A stretch of 64,000 nt of DNA from an uncultured Chloroflexia bacterium (GTDB lineage: Bacteria > Chloroflexota > Anaerolineae > JAAYZQ01). Below the pieces are notes generated by a model. That model was not told the DNA's origin. It worked only from the letters and a program-made list of their open reading frames with translations, and searched no databases. Location of the stretch: contig CAVOXA010000014.1 in assembly GCA_963700285.1 (NCBI GenBank), positions 320,001 through 384,000 of the forward strand, in the 5' to 3' direction. Of this stretch, positions 10,725-22,924 are shown one piece after another (position 1 is the first letter of the stretch; every line of letters begins with the position of its first letter). Both the position numbers and the translations under genes were made by a program.

Positions 10725-12338
10725 TTGGTGAGTTCTGCCAGCCAAAAGATCGGTATTGACGCCAACCGCCCCGTGGACCCCAAGACGGGGCGGCTCGCGC
10801 CGCAGGCCGCAGACCCCGACCTCATCGCCAGTACAGGCACCGGCTGGGTGCGCATCAACTTTGTCCTGAAGCCCTGGACCAGCCCCCACGACAAGACTCC
10901 CTGCGGGGGACGCACGTGGGCGCAGGCTTACCAGCAGATCGTCTCCGGCTACCGCGACAAGGGGCTCTCTGTCTACGGTCTCATCGGCGTTGAGTCAGCG
11001 CCCAGGGGGCCTGGCGACCAGTTCAGAGAGCCACCGCCCCAGGGCAACATTGAGGACGATTGGATCGACCAGTACGTCGAGAACTTTTGTGCCATCGTCG
11101 AGATCTTTTGCGGAGATGTCCAGGTCTTTGAATCCTTCAACGAGCCCGATGATTGGCACGGCCAGGACCACAACTGGGTGCACCCCGGCTGGTTTGCCAT
11201 CATCCTGCAGCGTATCTATGATGCCGTACGCAGCAAACCCGAGCTGGGACACGTCATATTGGTCTCCGGGCCCCTGCAGGGCCTCGAATCGAACCGCAAC
11301 GCTGCGGTCCACTATCTGCAGGAGACCTACCGCGCGGGAAAATCGCGCTTCGGCTGGACCCGGAATGGTGTCCCCGTTCCCTTTGATGGCGTCGGCTATC
11401 ACCTCTACGTAAGGGGCGCTTTCAACCCGGACGCAAAGCAGCAAAAGCGAGCCGTGCACAGCACCTGTCTCCGCTACCTGGAGGCGATGCACCAGGTCGT
11501 ACGCCAGGAAGAGGGCCAGGACCGTCCGCTCTACGTATCCGAAGTGGGCTGGAACAGCAGTATCGACAGGGGAATGATGCGGCGTCACGAGGAATTCCAG
11601 GCAAATTGTCTGCGGACTGGCCTGGAGACGGTGTGCAGCGATCCCCTGGTGGGACTCGGCGTCTGGTTCTGCACCCAGGATTTTGGAACGGGAAGCGGAG
11701 AGCATCACTTTGGCCTGTACCGTGCCGGACAATTGGGTCCAGACGGGCGAAAACCGGCCTTTGACGCCTTCAGGGCCGTGTGCCAGGCCGCTGCTGAAAA
11801 GGAGGCGGAGGAAAAAGGCCTGGTGTGCACGAACCAGCAGTTGATCTCCGCCTTCTACCGTGCGGGCCAGGACCTGGCCATGCCCAAGCCTTGGGATCTA
11901 TTTGCCCAGGCGGGGTTGTCCCTCCGCGCACTCGCAGCCAACCGCCACGCCTTTTACGAGGGCCCGCCCATCGACGGGCTGCCCGGCCTGACCCCTGTGG
12001 AGAAAGCGGCCATTCAGGCCAGCCTTGACGGACAACAAGGCATCTTACCGGCAGGCATCATCCCAGAGCCAGACGCCGCCGCCAAAACAGGCCTGGCCGA
12101 TATGGCGGCGCCCGCCGCAGACTTTTTCGGCGGCGCACTTGAGACCGAAATCGCCCTCGACCTGAGCATCGCGCTGCAGGACCAGGTCTTGCAAGAACTG
12201 GAGCGTAACAACCAGCTTCTCACCCGCCTGCTTGACAAGCTCCAGCGTCTCGATTATTGTGACAGGGTGAAAAGCACGGGCGACGCAGAGAGCAGGATGA
12301 ACGGCATCTTGCACCGAGTCCGCGGGTTGCTATCGTAG
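10725..12338 (+). CDS. Clan GH-A glycoside hydrolase (GH5/GH39-like) with a C-terminal helical domain and coiled coil
   Basis: GWVRINF, acid/base motif FNEPD, FDGVGYHLY, nucleophile motif LYVSEVGW, HFGLY. No signal peptide. Confidence 0.75.
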   Translation: MVSSASQKIGIDANRPVDPKTGRLAPQAADPDLIASTGTGWVRINFVLKPWTSPHDKTPCGGRTWAQAYQQIVSGYRDKGLSVYGLIGVESAPRGPGDQFREPPPQGNIEDDWIDQYVENFCAIVEIFCGDVQVFESFNEPDDWHGQDHNWVHPGWFAIILQRIYDAVRSKPELGHVILVSGPLQGLESNRNAAVHYLQETYRAGKSRFGWTRNGVPVPFDGVGYHLYVRGAFNPDAKQQKRAVHSTCLRYLEAMHQVVRQEEGQDRPLYVSEVGWNSSIDRGMMRRHEEFQANCLRTGLETVCSDPLVGLGVWFCTQDFGTGSGEHHFGLYRAGQLGPDGRKPAFDAFRAVCQAAAEKEAEEKGLVCTNQQLISAFYRAGQDLAMPKPWDLFAQAGLSLRALAANRHAFYEGPPIDGLPGLTPVEKAAIQASLDGQQGILPAGIIPEPDAAAKTGLADMAAPAADFFGGALETEIALDLSIALQDQVLQELERNNQLLTRLLDKLQRLDYCDRVKSTGDAESRMNGILHRVRGLLS

Positions 12339-12353
12339 TCGTGGGAGGATGCG

Positions 12354-14069
12354 ATGGATCTCGATTGGACGCTCATCGAGTACCGGCCCGGCCGCTACGC
12401 CAAGGTATGCACGGATGGCACTTTCCTGGGTACGGCCACCGAGGCAGAGATCAGGGCCTGGTTCGCTGCGTCCACTCGACCCAAAGGCCAGGAGGCCGCC
12501 CCACTCGGGCTAGACAGCACCGCAGCCCGGCCCAGCTCTCTTAAACCCAGGGTACTCGCTCCCGAGCCCGGGAAAGTCGCCCCTGAACCCGACGAGGATT
12601 GGGAAAAGCCGCTCATCTGGGCGCCGCCGCGACCCGCCCGCGAGGGTCAAGCACCGCGTCCCTCTGCGAGGACCCTCGATCCGCTAGCGGCTGAGCCCGC
12701 CTCGGAACCGCCCGGCCGCGAGGTCAAAAGCAGCCAGCCCGAAGCAGAGGTAGCCTGGGCCAAACCCATGATCTGGGGGCGCCCGCCGGCCACTCCGCGG
12801 TGCTCTCCCGGCGCCGCGGAGCCGCCGTCTTTGACGGCTGAAGCGGAGGCCGCAACTCCAGGCGCAGAGCCCTCCAGGGCCAAAGAGCCAGCCCCTGGGC
12901 CCACCTCCCTCCAGGTAGATCAGGACAAGGCCGCGCCGGAGGGACCGGCCCCAGAGATCGCGGGTGGACCCAGAGTGGAGCCTGGTGCTGGAGAGAAGGC
13001 TGTTGCTGCAGACGCTGTCACCCTGGAGCCCGCCTTCGCCACCATGCCAGCAAGCGGCGCCGAAGAGGCGGGCGGCGCCGAACCAGAAGCTGTCCAGGTG
13101 CAGATGGGCTTCGCCCTCAGAGAACCGGCCAGACCCGCTGCCCGTGACCCGGCACCGGTCCAGGTGGCGATGGATCTGGCCATCCTGGAACCCATCGCCG
13201 CCGATTCCCCAGAGCCTGAGCCCGGACCTGATGAGGCAGAGCCCCAGGCCAGTGGTCCAAAACCGGCGGGACCTGACGCCGAGGAGACAGCGACAGAAGC
13301 CGAGGACCGCGACGAGGCGTCGGAGATGGTGACTGTCGAGCCAGACCTCCCCGAGCCCGAACCTGAGCTGGCCCAGGAGGCTCTGGCTGCACCCTTGCCT
13401 ATTCAAGGTGAAAATGACCTATCTGTCATTACCAGCGCAGCGAAGCACCGCCACGAGTCCTCGCGGTGGCAATCTCCACGCACTCGTGAGAAACTGACTG
13501 CTGAGCGCAAGGGGGGATTGCTTCGTCGCTCCGCTCCTCGCAATGACATCGGTCACAGTCTTGTTAAAGAGGGGCTACCGCCGGATCCGCTTGGCGCCGA
13601 GGAGGACTGGCTGGAAGAGGAAATCCCCGAGGATGAGGCCGGCGCCGCATCTCTTCGCGCGCAAGAGGACGAGTTCGAACTGGAGCGCGTCGTTCTTGGG
13701 CCACCGCCCACCCTCGCTCCCGGGTCTGTCTCCGCTGGCGCCGGTCTGGCCACGGACGAGCCTGGCCCCCAGGCCAAAGACCTCGATCTTGAAACCCCCG
13801 ACGCGGGCGACCTATGGCTGTGGGTCGATCCCCGCTATGAAGCTGGCTACAGCCCCGCGACCTTTGACTTGATGGCCTTCCTCCAGCGGGCGGCGGCCCT
13901 TTTCCAGAGCAAAGCGTGGACGCGAGGCAAGGTACCCGGTAAGATCGCGGTGCATTCCGACGACGCGGGCCAAGGGTTGGAAGTGGTTGCTGAGCGATTG
14001 GGACTCGTGGTCGTTGAGGATGCCCGGGTATCCAACGGCACCTACTGGCTTGGCCTGGGGGCCGACTGA
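12354..14069 (+). CDS. Hypothetical protein: small N-domain, long Pro/Ala/Glu-rich disordered linker, compact C-domain
   Basis: Starts 15 nt after the GH stop with a GGGAGG RBS. Uninterrupted 571-codon ORF. Confidence 0.7.
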   Translation: MDLDWTLIEYRPGRYAKVCTDGTFLGTATEAEIRAWFAASTRPKGQEAAPLGLDSTAARPSSLKPRVLAPEPGKVAPEPDEDWEKPLIWAPPRPAREGQAPRPSARTLDPLAAEPASEPPGREVKSSQPEAEVAWAKPMIWGRPPATPRCSPGAAEPPSLTAEAEAATPGAEPSRAKEPAPGPTSLQVDQDKAAPEGPAPEIAGGPRVEPGAGEKAVAADAVTLEPAFATMPASGAEEAGGAEPEAVQVQMGFALREPARPAARDPAPVQVAMDLAILEPIAADSPEPEPGPDEAEPQASGPKPAGPDAEETATEAEDRDEASEMVTVEPDLPEPEPELAQEALAAPLPIQGENDLSVITSAAKHRHESSRWQSPRTREKLTAERKGGLLRRSAPRNDIGHSLVKEGLPPDPLGAEEDWLEEEIPEDEAGAASLRAQEDEFELERVVLGPPPTLAPGSVSAGAGLATDEPGPQAKDLDLETPDAGDLWLWVDPRYEAGYSPATFDLMAFLQRAAALFQSKAWTRGKVPGKIAVHSDDAGQGLEVVAERLGLVVVEDARVSNGTYWLGLGAD

Positions 14070-14316
14070 GAGCCGGCAGAAACGCCCAGCACCTAGTGCG
14101 GCTGTATGTTACTGGTCCGGCCCCCCATCTGCCCACGGACCTGCCTCGAGCATCCACGGCCAGCAAGGGGAACCGCGCCTCGGGTCAGCCCTCGGCTGGA
14201 TCCTCCAGTGGCACGAGCCGCCAACGCTTTACCGCCAGGCCATTGAGGGCCGGAATTCTGAATCTGCCACCCAACGGAAGCGATGCGGCCCATGTGCGTT
14301 GCCGCCTCCGCGCAAG

Positions 14317-14342
14317 AGCCTGGCCGTTCCAGGGCCAGGCTC
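14317..14342. terminator. Hairpin between convergent genes
   Basis: GAGCCTGGCC...GGCCAGGCTC inverted repeat with no clear U tract. Confidence 0.35.
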
Positions 14343-14459
14343 GTCGCAATCCATGGCCGGTTTCTCTCCGTGCGCCTGCCCCGTTTCAGAGCAAGCTCCG
14401 TCCCCGCAGGAACTGGTCTGGCCCTGGAAGGAGAGCAAATAGTCCCTGGCAGGTAGGTC

Positions 14460-15188
14460 CTATCCGGCCCGGGAGACCTGCTTGCGCAGGCCGGCAATCT
14501 GCGCCTGGGCTTCGGCAATGGCCTCTTCGAGCCGGGCCACGGACGGCGTCCCCCCGCGCAGGGTTTCCAGGATCACCGCCTCGGCGGCGACATAGGCATC
14601 GGCGATATCCGCCATCTCTGCCGCGGTGTCCCTGGGGATGGTCGTCACGCCATTCAGATCCGCGTGCAGCAGGTCGTCAGGGTAGATGGCCAGGCCGCCG
14701 ACGTGGACCGGCACGTGGACGTGCAGAATGTGGCAGTATCCGTGGGCGCAGATGGTGCCATTGGTAAAGGCGGGGAAACCAATCGCCCGGACCTGGTCCA
14801 GATCCCGGCCGGCGCCGCTGGTGATCAGACCCCGCGCGCCAAAGGTCTGGTAGGTGGTACACATGACCTCGCCAAAGGTGGCAGCCACGGCGGGATCATC
14901 CAGATCCTGAAAGACGACGACCGGCGGGCCAGACAGCTCTCCAAAGCGCTCAACCTGGGCCGTCGTGCTGGAATAGGCGTCTCCCTCACGAGGAGGGCCC
15001 CCGGCCCGAAAGGTCGCCGTGGCCGCAAAGCCAACCATGGGCGCCATCTCTGGGAAACAGGCCCGGATGCGGCTGTCCATGTATCCAGCGTTCCGCGGAC
15101 GGACCTCAAAAAGCTCGACCAAGTTGCAGATGGTGGGTGTATCGAACTGTCGCAGTTTCTCCAGTACCTCTGTGCTGATTTCAGACAT
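14460..15188 (-). CDS. RraA/HMG-aldolase family protein
   Basis: FDTPTICN, PMVGFAAT, FGEVM, GAGRDL, DLLHADLNGV. GAGGGAG RBS. Confidence 0.85.
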   Translation of the reverse strand: MSEISTEVLEKLRQFDTPTICNLVELFEVRPRNAGYMDSRIRACFPEMAPMVGFAATATFRAGGPPREGDAYSSTTAQVERFGELSGPPVVVFQDLDDPAVAATFGEVMCTTYQTFGARGLITSGAGRDLDQVRAIGFPAFTNGTICAHGYCHILHVHVPVHVGGLAIYPDDLLHADLNGVTTIPRDTAAEMADIADAYVAAEAVILETLRGGTPSVARLEEAIAEAQAQIAGLRKQVSRAG

Positions 15189-15361
15189 TTGACTCCCTCA
15201 GTATTTTATGATTTCCCGCTTTGGTCGCGGCCAACTCTTCCCGTAGAGTTGGAGCAGCCCTTGATGTAGAGCAGGGTCAACCTGCCTCGCCCCGACGTGA
15301 TCGCATGTGAGGATGCTTGCTCCGCGCAGTGGATGCCGACTCCACATGGCTCATGCCTGTC

Positions 15362-16388
15362 TCAAAACAGGCTCGGCTGTGCCGTCTCCTCGAAAGTCGA
15401 TGCCCAGGTGCTCGTAGGCCCGCCGGGTGGCCACGCGGCCACGCGGCGTCCGGTCCAGGAAGCCGAGCTGCAGCAGGTAGGGCTCCACCACGTCCATGAT
15501 GGTGTCCGGCTCCTCCGACAGCGCGGCGCCGATGGTCTCCAGGCCCACCGGCCCGCCGTCGAACTTTTCGATGATCGTGCGCGCAGCACCCGCCGGTCGA
15601 TGTCGTCCAGGCCCAGCGCATCCACCTCCAGCAGCGCCAGGGCATCCCGCGCCACGGCCTGGGTGATGACCCCATCGGCGCGGACCTGGGCATAGTCGCG
15701 CACGCGCTTGAGCAGGCGGTTGGCCACGCGGGGCGTGCCCCGCGCCCGGCGCGCGATCTCGACGACGCCGCTCCTCGTCGATGGCCACATCCAGGATGCC
15801 CGCCGAGCGCGCGGACGATGGTCCGCATCGCCGCCTCGTCGTAGAAGTCCAGGCGGTAGACCGCGCCAAAGCGCGCCCGCAGCGGGGCCGTCATCAGCGC
15901 CAGGCGGGTCGTGGCGCCGACGATGGTGAAGCGGGGCAGCTTGAGGCGGATGCTGCGCGCCCCCGGCCCCTTGCCGATGACAATGTCCAGGGCAAAGTCC
16001 TCCATGGCCGGGTAGAGTACCTCTTCCACGACCCGGCCCAGGCGGTGGACCTCGTCGATGAAGAGCACGTCGCCCTTGTCGCAGGTTGGTCAGGATGGCC
16101 GCCAGATCGCCGGCCCGCTCGATGGCCGGCCCGGCGGTGACCTTGATGCCGACGCCCATCTCGTTGGCCACGACGTGGGCCAGCGTCGTCTTGCCCAGGC
16201 CGGGCGGGCCGTAGATCAGCACGTGGTCCAGCGCCTCGCCCCGCGCCTGTGGCCGCCTCGATGAGGATGCGCAGATTCTCCTTGACCCGGTCCTGGCCGA
16301 TGTACTCGTCCAGGCTCTGGGGGCGCAGGCCGACGTCCAGGCCCACCTCCTCGGTTCGGTTCTTGGGCGACACGATCCGGTCTGCCAT
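15362..16388 (-). CDS. ruvB: Holliday junction branch-migration helicase RuvB (several frameshifts)
   Basis: [68 protein letters not shown] across frames. Ends QPSLF. Confidence 0.93.
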
Positions 16389-16554
16389 GCTGTCCCTCGC
16401 TGCTTTTGGCTGGCTGCATTATACCAGAGCCTGACCGTTTGGGGAAGTGAAGGGCAGCGTGAAATTGAGACCTGGGCCGGGCAGCCCTCGAGACGAGGGC
16501 CAGGGCCTTTGAACGCGCTCGCGGTCGCGCGACCGCAGCATACAACTCGCGAGT

Positions 16555-16583
16555 TTGACCTCCCCGGGATACTGTGGTATATT
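16555..16583 (+). promoter_or_regulatory. Sigma70-type promoter of the DksA/TraR gene
   Basis: TTGACC-N17-TATATT with an extended TG. Confidence 0.55.
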
Positions 16584-16641
16584 CCTGCATCGGTTGGCGG
16601 CCCTGCCAAGCGCCAGCCCGATTGCAGGGGAGGAGGTTGTT

Positions 16642-17004
16642 ATGAACGTCGCGCCAATTCAAACCCGGCCCAATATCGAAAAGCTGGAAATGGAAAAACT
16701 GGCAATCGAAAACAAGCTGGAACGACTACATGTGGAATTGCGTAGCCTGGCCGAGCCCTCGGCCGACGAGGCCGACGTTGATGCCTACGAACGGGAGAAG
16801 ACATGGGCATTGATCCAGAGGATGCGGCAGAAGCTGCAATCCGTCGAGCGAGCGCTAGCATCGGCTCAAGATGGAACCTATGGCATCTGCGAGGGCTGTG
16901 GGTCGCGCATTGAGCCGGCGCGCCTTCAGATCCTGCCAGAGGCGACGCTCTGTCTCGAATGCCAGCGGGAATTCGAGCGAAAGAACAAAAAGTCATACCG
17001 CTAG
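16642..17004 (+). CDS. DksA/TraR family C4 zinc-finger protein
   Basis: Coiled coil followed by GTYGICEGCG..IEPARL..LPEATLCLECQ. AGGAGG RBS. Confidence 0.9.
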   Translation: MNVAPIQTRPNIEKLEMEKLAIENKLERLHVELRSLAEPSADEADVDAYEREKTWALIQRMRQKLQSVERALASAQDGTYGICEGCGSRIEPARLQILPEATLCLECQREFERKNKKSYR

Positions 17005-17139
17005 ACCAAAACTGCCAGCCTGACCACAGGTTGCTCGCGGGATCAGTCATAGGCTCAAGCCCTTCGCACTTGCCCGCGCTTGCGCTACCCAGAGCCGGGG
17101 CTTCACCGGCAGCTGCCCTAGCCATAGGCTGATTACCCT

Positions 17140-17168
17140 TTGACAAACGCGATTCGCTGTGCTATAAT
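17140..17168 (+). promoter_or_regulatory. Consensus sigma70 promoter of the PFOR operon
   Basis: TTGACA-N17-TATAAT, a perfect consensus, with an extended TG. Confidence 0.8.
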
Positions 17169-17248
17169 TCCGCCGCTTTTGAGCTAGGCGTTTTTCGTGG
17201 ACGAAACCGCCCGGACGAAACAGCAATCAAGCCAAGAGCGGCTCAATC

Positions 17249-17277
17249 AACGCCAGGCTCATGAGTCTGGCGTTTTT
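17249..17277 (+). terminator. Intrinsic terminator inside the PFOR 5' leader (putative attenuator)
   Basis: AACGCCAGGCTC-AT-GAGTCTGGCGTT followed by TTT, between the promoter and the ATG at 17385. Confidence 0.6.
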
Positions 17278-17375
17278 CTCGGACGCCGGCAGGAAAAAAG
17301 CCGCACGAGCAGTGAGCCGGTTCCAGCCCGGACGCCAAACAAGAATCTGCAATCGCGAATTCCGAATCCGATTAG

Positions 17376-20939
<3,564 letters not shown>

Positions 20940-21033
20940 ACGCAGCGAGCGGACGGCGACGAAAGGCGTGCAGCGCTGGCCTCTATCCTTCGTCGCTCGT
21001 CCGCCGTCAAGAACAGAGAGAAAGGAACGATCC

Positions 21034-22029
21034 ATGGTCGATCTAACGACCAGTTACATGGGCTTGACGCTCAAGAATCCTGTCGTCCCTTCAGCTTCGC
21101 CGCTGTCGTCCAGCCTGGACACCATCAAGCGGATGGAAGATGCTGGCGCCGGCGCCGTGATCCTGCACTCGCTCTTTGAGGAACAGATCGAGTTTGAAGC
21201 AGAAGCACTGGACCACTATCCTGGAGCACGGCACCGACAGCTTTGCCGAGGCGCTCACCTACTTTCCCCAGGTCCACGAATACCGCCGCGAGCCCGACGA
21301 TTATGTCGAGCATATCCGCAAGGCCAAGGAAGCGGTGGACATCCCCATCATCGCCAGCCTGAACGGCGTCAGCCCCGGCGGCTGGACGAGCTATGCCAAG
21401 AAGTTCGAGGAGGCTGGCGCCGATGCGTGTGGAGCTGAACGTCTACTTTATCCCCACCAACTTTCACCTGATGAGCTACGACGTCGAGGATCTTTACGTC
21501 AAGCTGCTCAAGAAGTCAAAGAAGCACGTGAGCATCCCGGTGGCCATGAAGCTCAGCCCCTACTTTAGCGCCATGCCCCACATGGCCTCGATGCTGGATG
21601 CCGAGGGCGCCGACGCCCTGGTGCTGTTCAACCGCTTCTACCAGCCCGACATCGACATCGAAGAGCTGGAAGTGACGCCCAATCTGCATGCTGAGCACGC
21701 CCGTCGAGATGCGCCTGCCTCTGCGCTGGATCGCCATCCTCTACGGGCACTTGGACTGCTCCATGGCCCTCACCAGCGGCATCCACAGCTACCGAGGATG
21801 TCATCAAGGCCGTCATGGTTGGCGCCGACGTCGCCAATGTCTGCTCGGTGCTGCTCAAAGAGGGCGTGGGCAAGATCACCGAACTGGTGGACGGCATGGC
21901 GCGTGGATGGACGAGCACGAATACGAGTCGGTCGAGCAGATGAAGGGCAGCATGAGCCACAAGTCGGTGCCCGAGCCGGCGGCCTTTGAGCGGGCCAACT
22001 ATATGAAGGTGCTCAACAGCTACGAATAG
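21034..22029 (+). CDS. Dihydroorotate dehydrogenase-like flavoprotein, the nifJ-associated type (frameshifts)
   Basis: [75 protein letters not shown]. Confidence 0.85.
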
Positions 22030-22061
22030 AATAGCACTCCGGATTCCATTCCTTAACGACC

Positions 22062-22103
22062 GCATAGAGGGTAGCTCTGGTCGCCCGGAGCTGCCCTCTA
22101 TGC
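22062..22103. terminator. Strong hairpin after the DHOD-like gene
   Basis: GCATAGAGGGTAGCTCTGG / CCGGAGCTGCCCTCTATGC stem with no U tract. Confidence 0.5.
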
Positions 22104-22110
22104 CGCCTGT

Positions 22111-22855
22111 GTGGCTGCCTTGAACAGAGATCCATCAAACCTGAAGGACCTGGAGGAAAAGCGCCGGGCCATCCGCCCGCTGCTTGTCGCCCACCGACCC
22201 GGCCGATGCGCTGGCCAGCTACTATGCCCTGTGGCACGATGCGCGGCGCACCCAGATCACACTGCACCGCGACGCCCAGCAGCGCGTCACCGGCTATGTC
22301 ACCGTAAGCCAGACCGGGGTGGACCTCTTTCGCCCTCTCGTCACGCTGCGCGCCCGGGACAAGAAAGCGGTGCCCGACCTGCTCCGCGCTGCGCTATCGC
22401 CCAACCGGCCCTACCAGGTCACCGTTCCTGTCGCACTGGCCCCCTCCCTGCGCGACCAGATGGACTTTTCTCGCTCGAGCCTGAACCGCATCTACATCCT
22501 CGCCCCTTCCCGCTTTCAGCCCATCATCAACGTGCTGGTCCAGCGCGTCGCTGGCGCTGATGGTACGCCCCGGTTCCAGATCGAGTCGCAGGGTCAGATT
22601 GTGGCCATGTCAGGCACCAATTGGCGCTCGCCGACCCATGCAGAGGTTTTCGTCTGGGTCGACGCCAAGGGTCGAGGGAGGGGCTGGGGCAAGTCCGTGG
22701 TCTCGGCCTGTACGGCCACCCTGCTGGAAGAGCGCCTGCGCCCGCTCTACCTGGTAGAGGAGGGCAACCAGGCCTCTATCCGTATTGCGGAAAGTGTGGG
22801 CTATGTGGACACGGATGCCCGCGAGCTGACCGGGGAAAGCCAGTTGAGGCTCTAG
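22111..22855 (+). CDS. GNAT family acetyltransferase (one frameshift near 22185)
   Basis: Acetyl-CoA motif KGRGRGWGKSVV and NQASIRIAESVGY. The N-terminal part is in another frame. Confidence 0.75.
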
Positions 22856-22924
22856 CTCCCGGGATACGCAGCCAGCCAGCTGGGTATCCCGACCTGGACC
22901 GGTTTCGACGCCAGAATCCGGTCC

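Noticed and set aside
17195-17275. Hammerhead ribozyme (GGACGAAAC words, CATGAGTC)
   Set aside because: There is no CUGANGA core in the required order or with the required stems.
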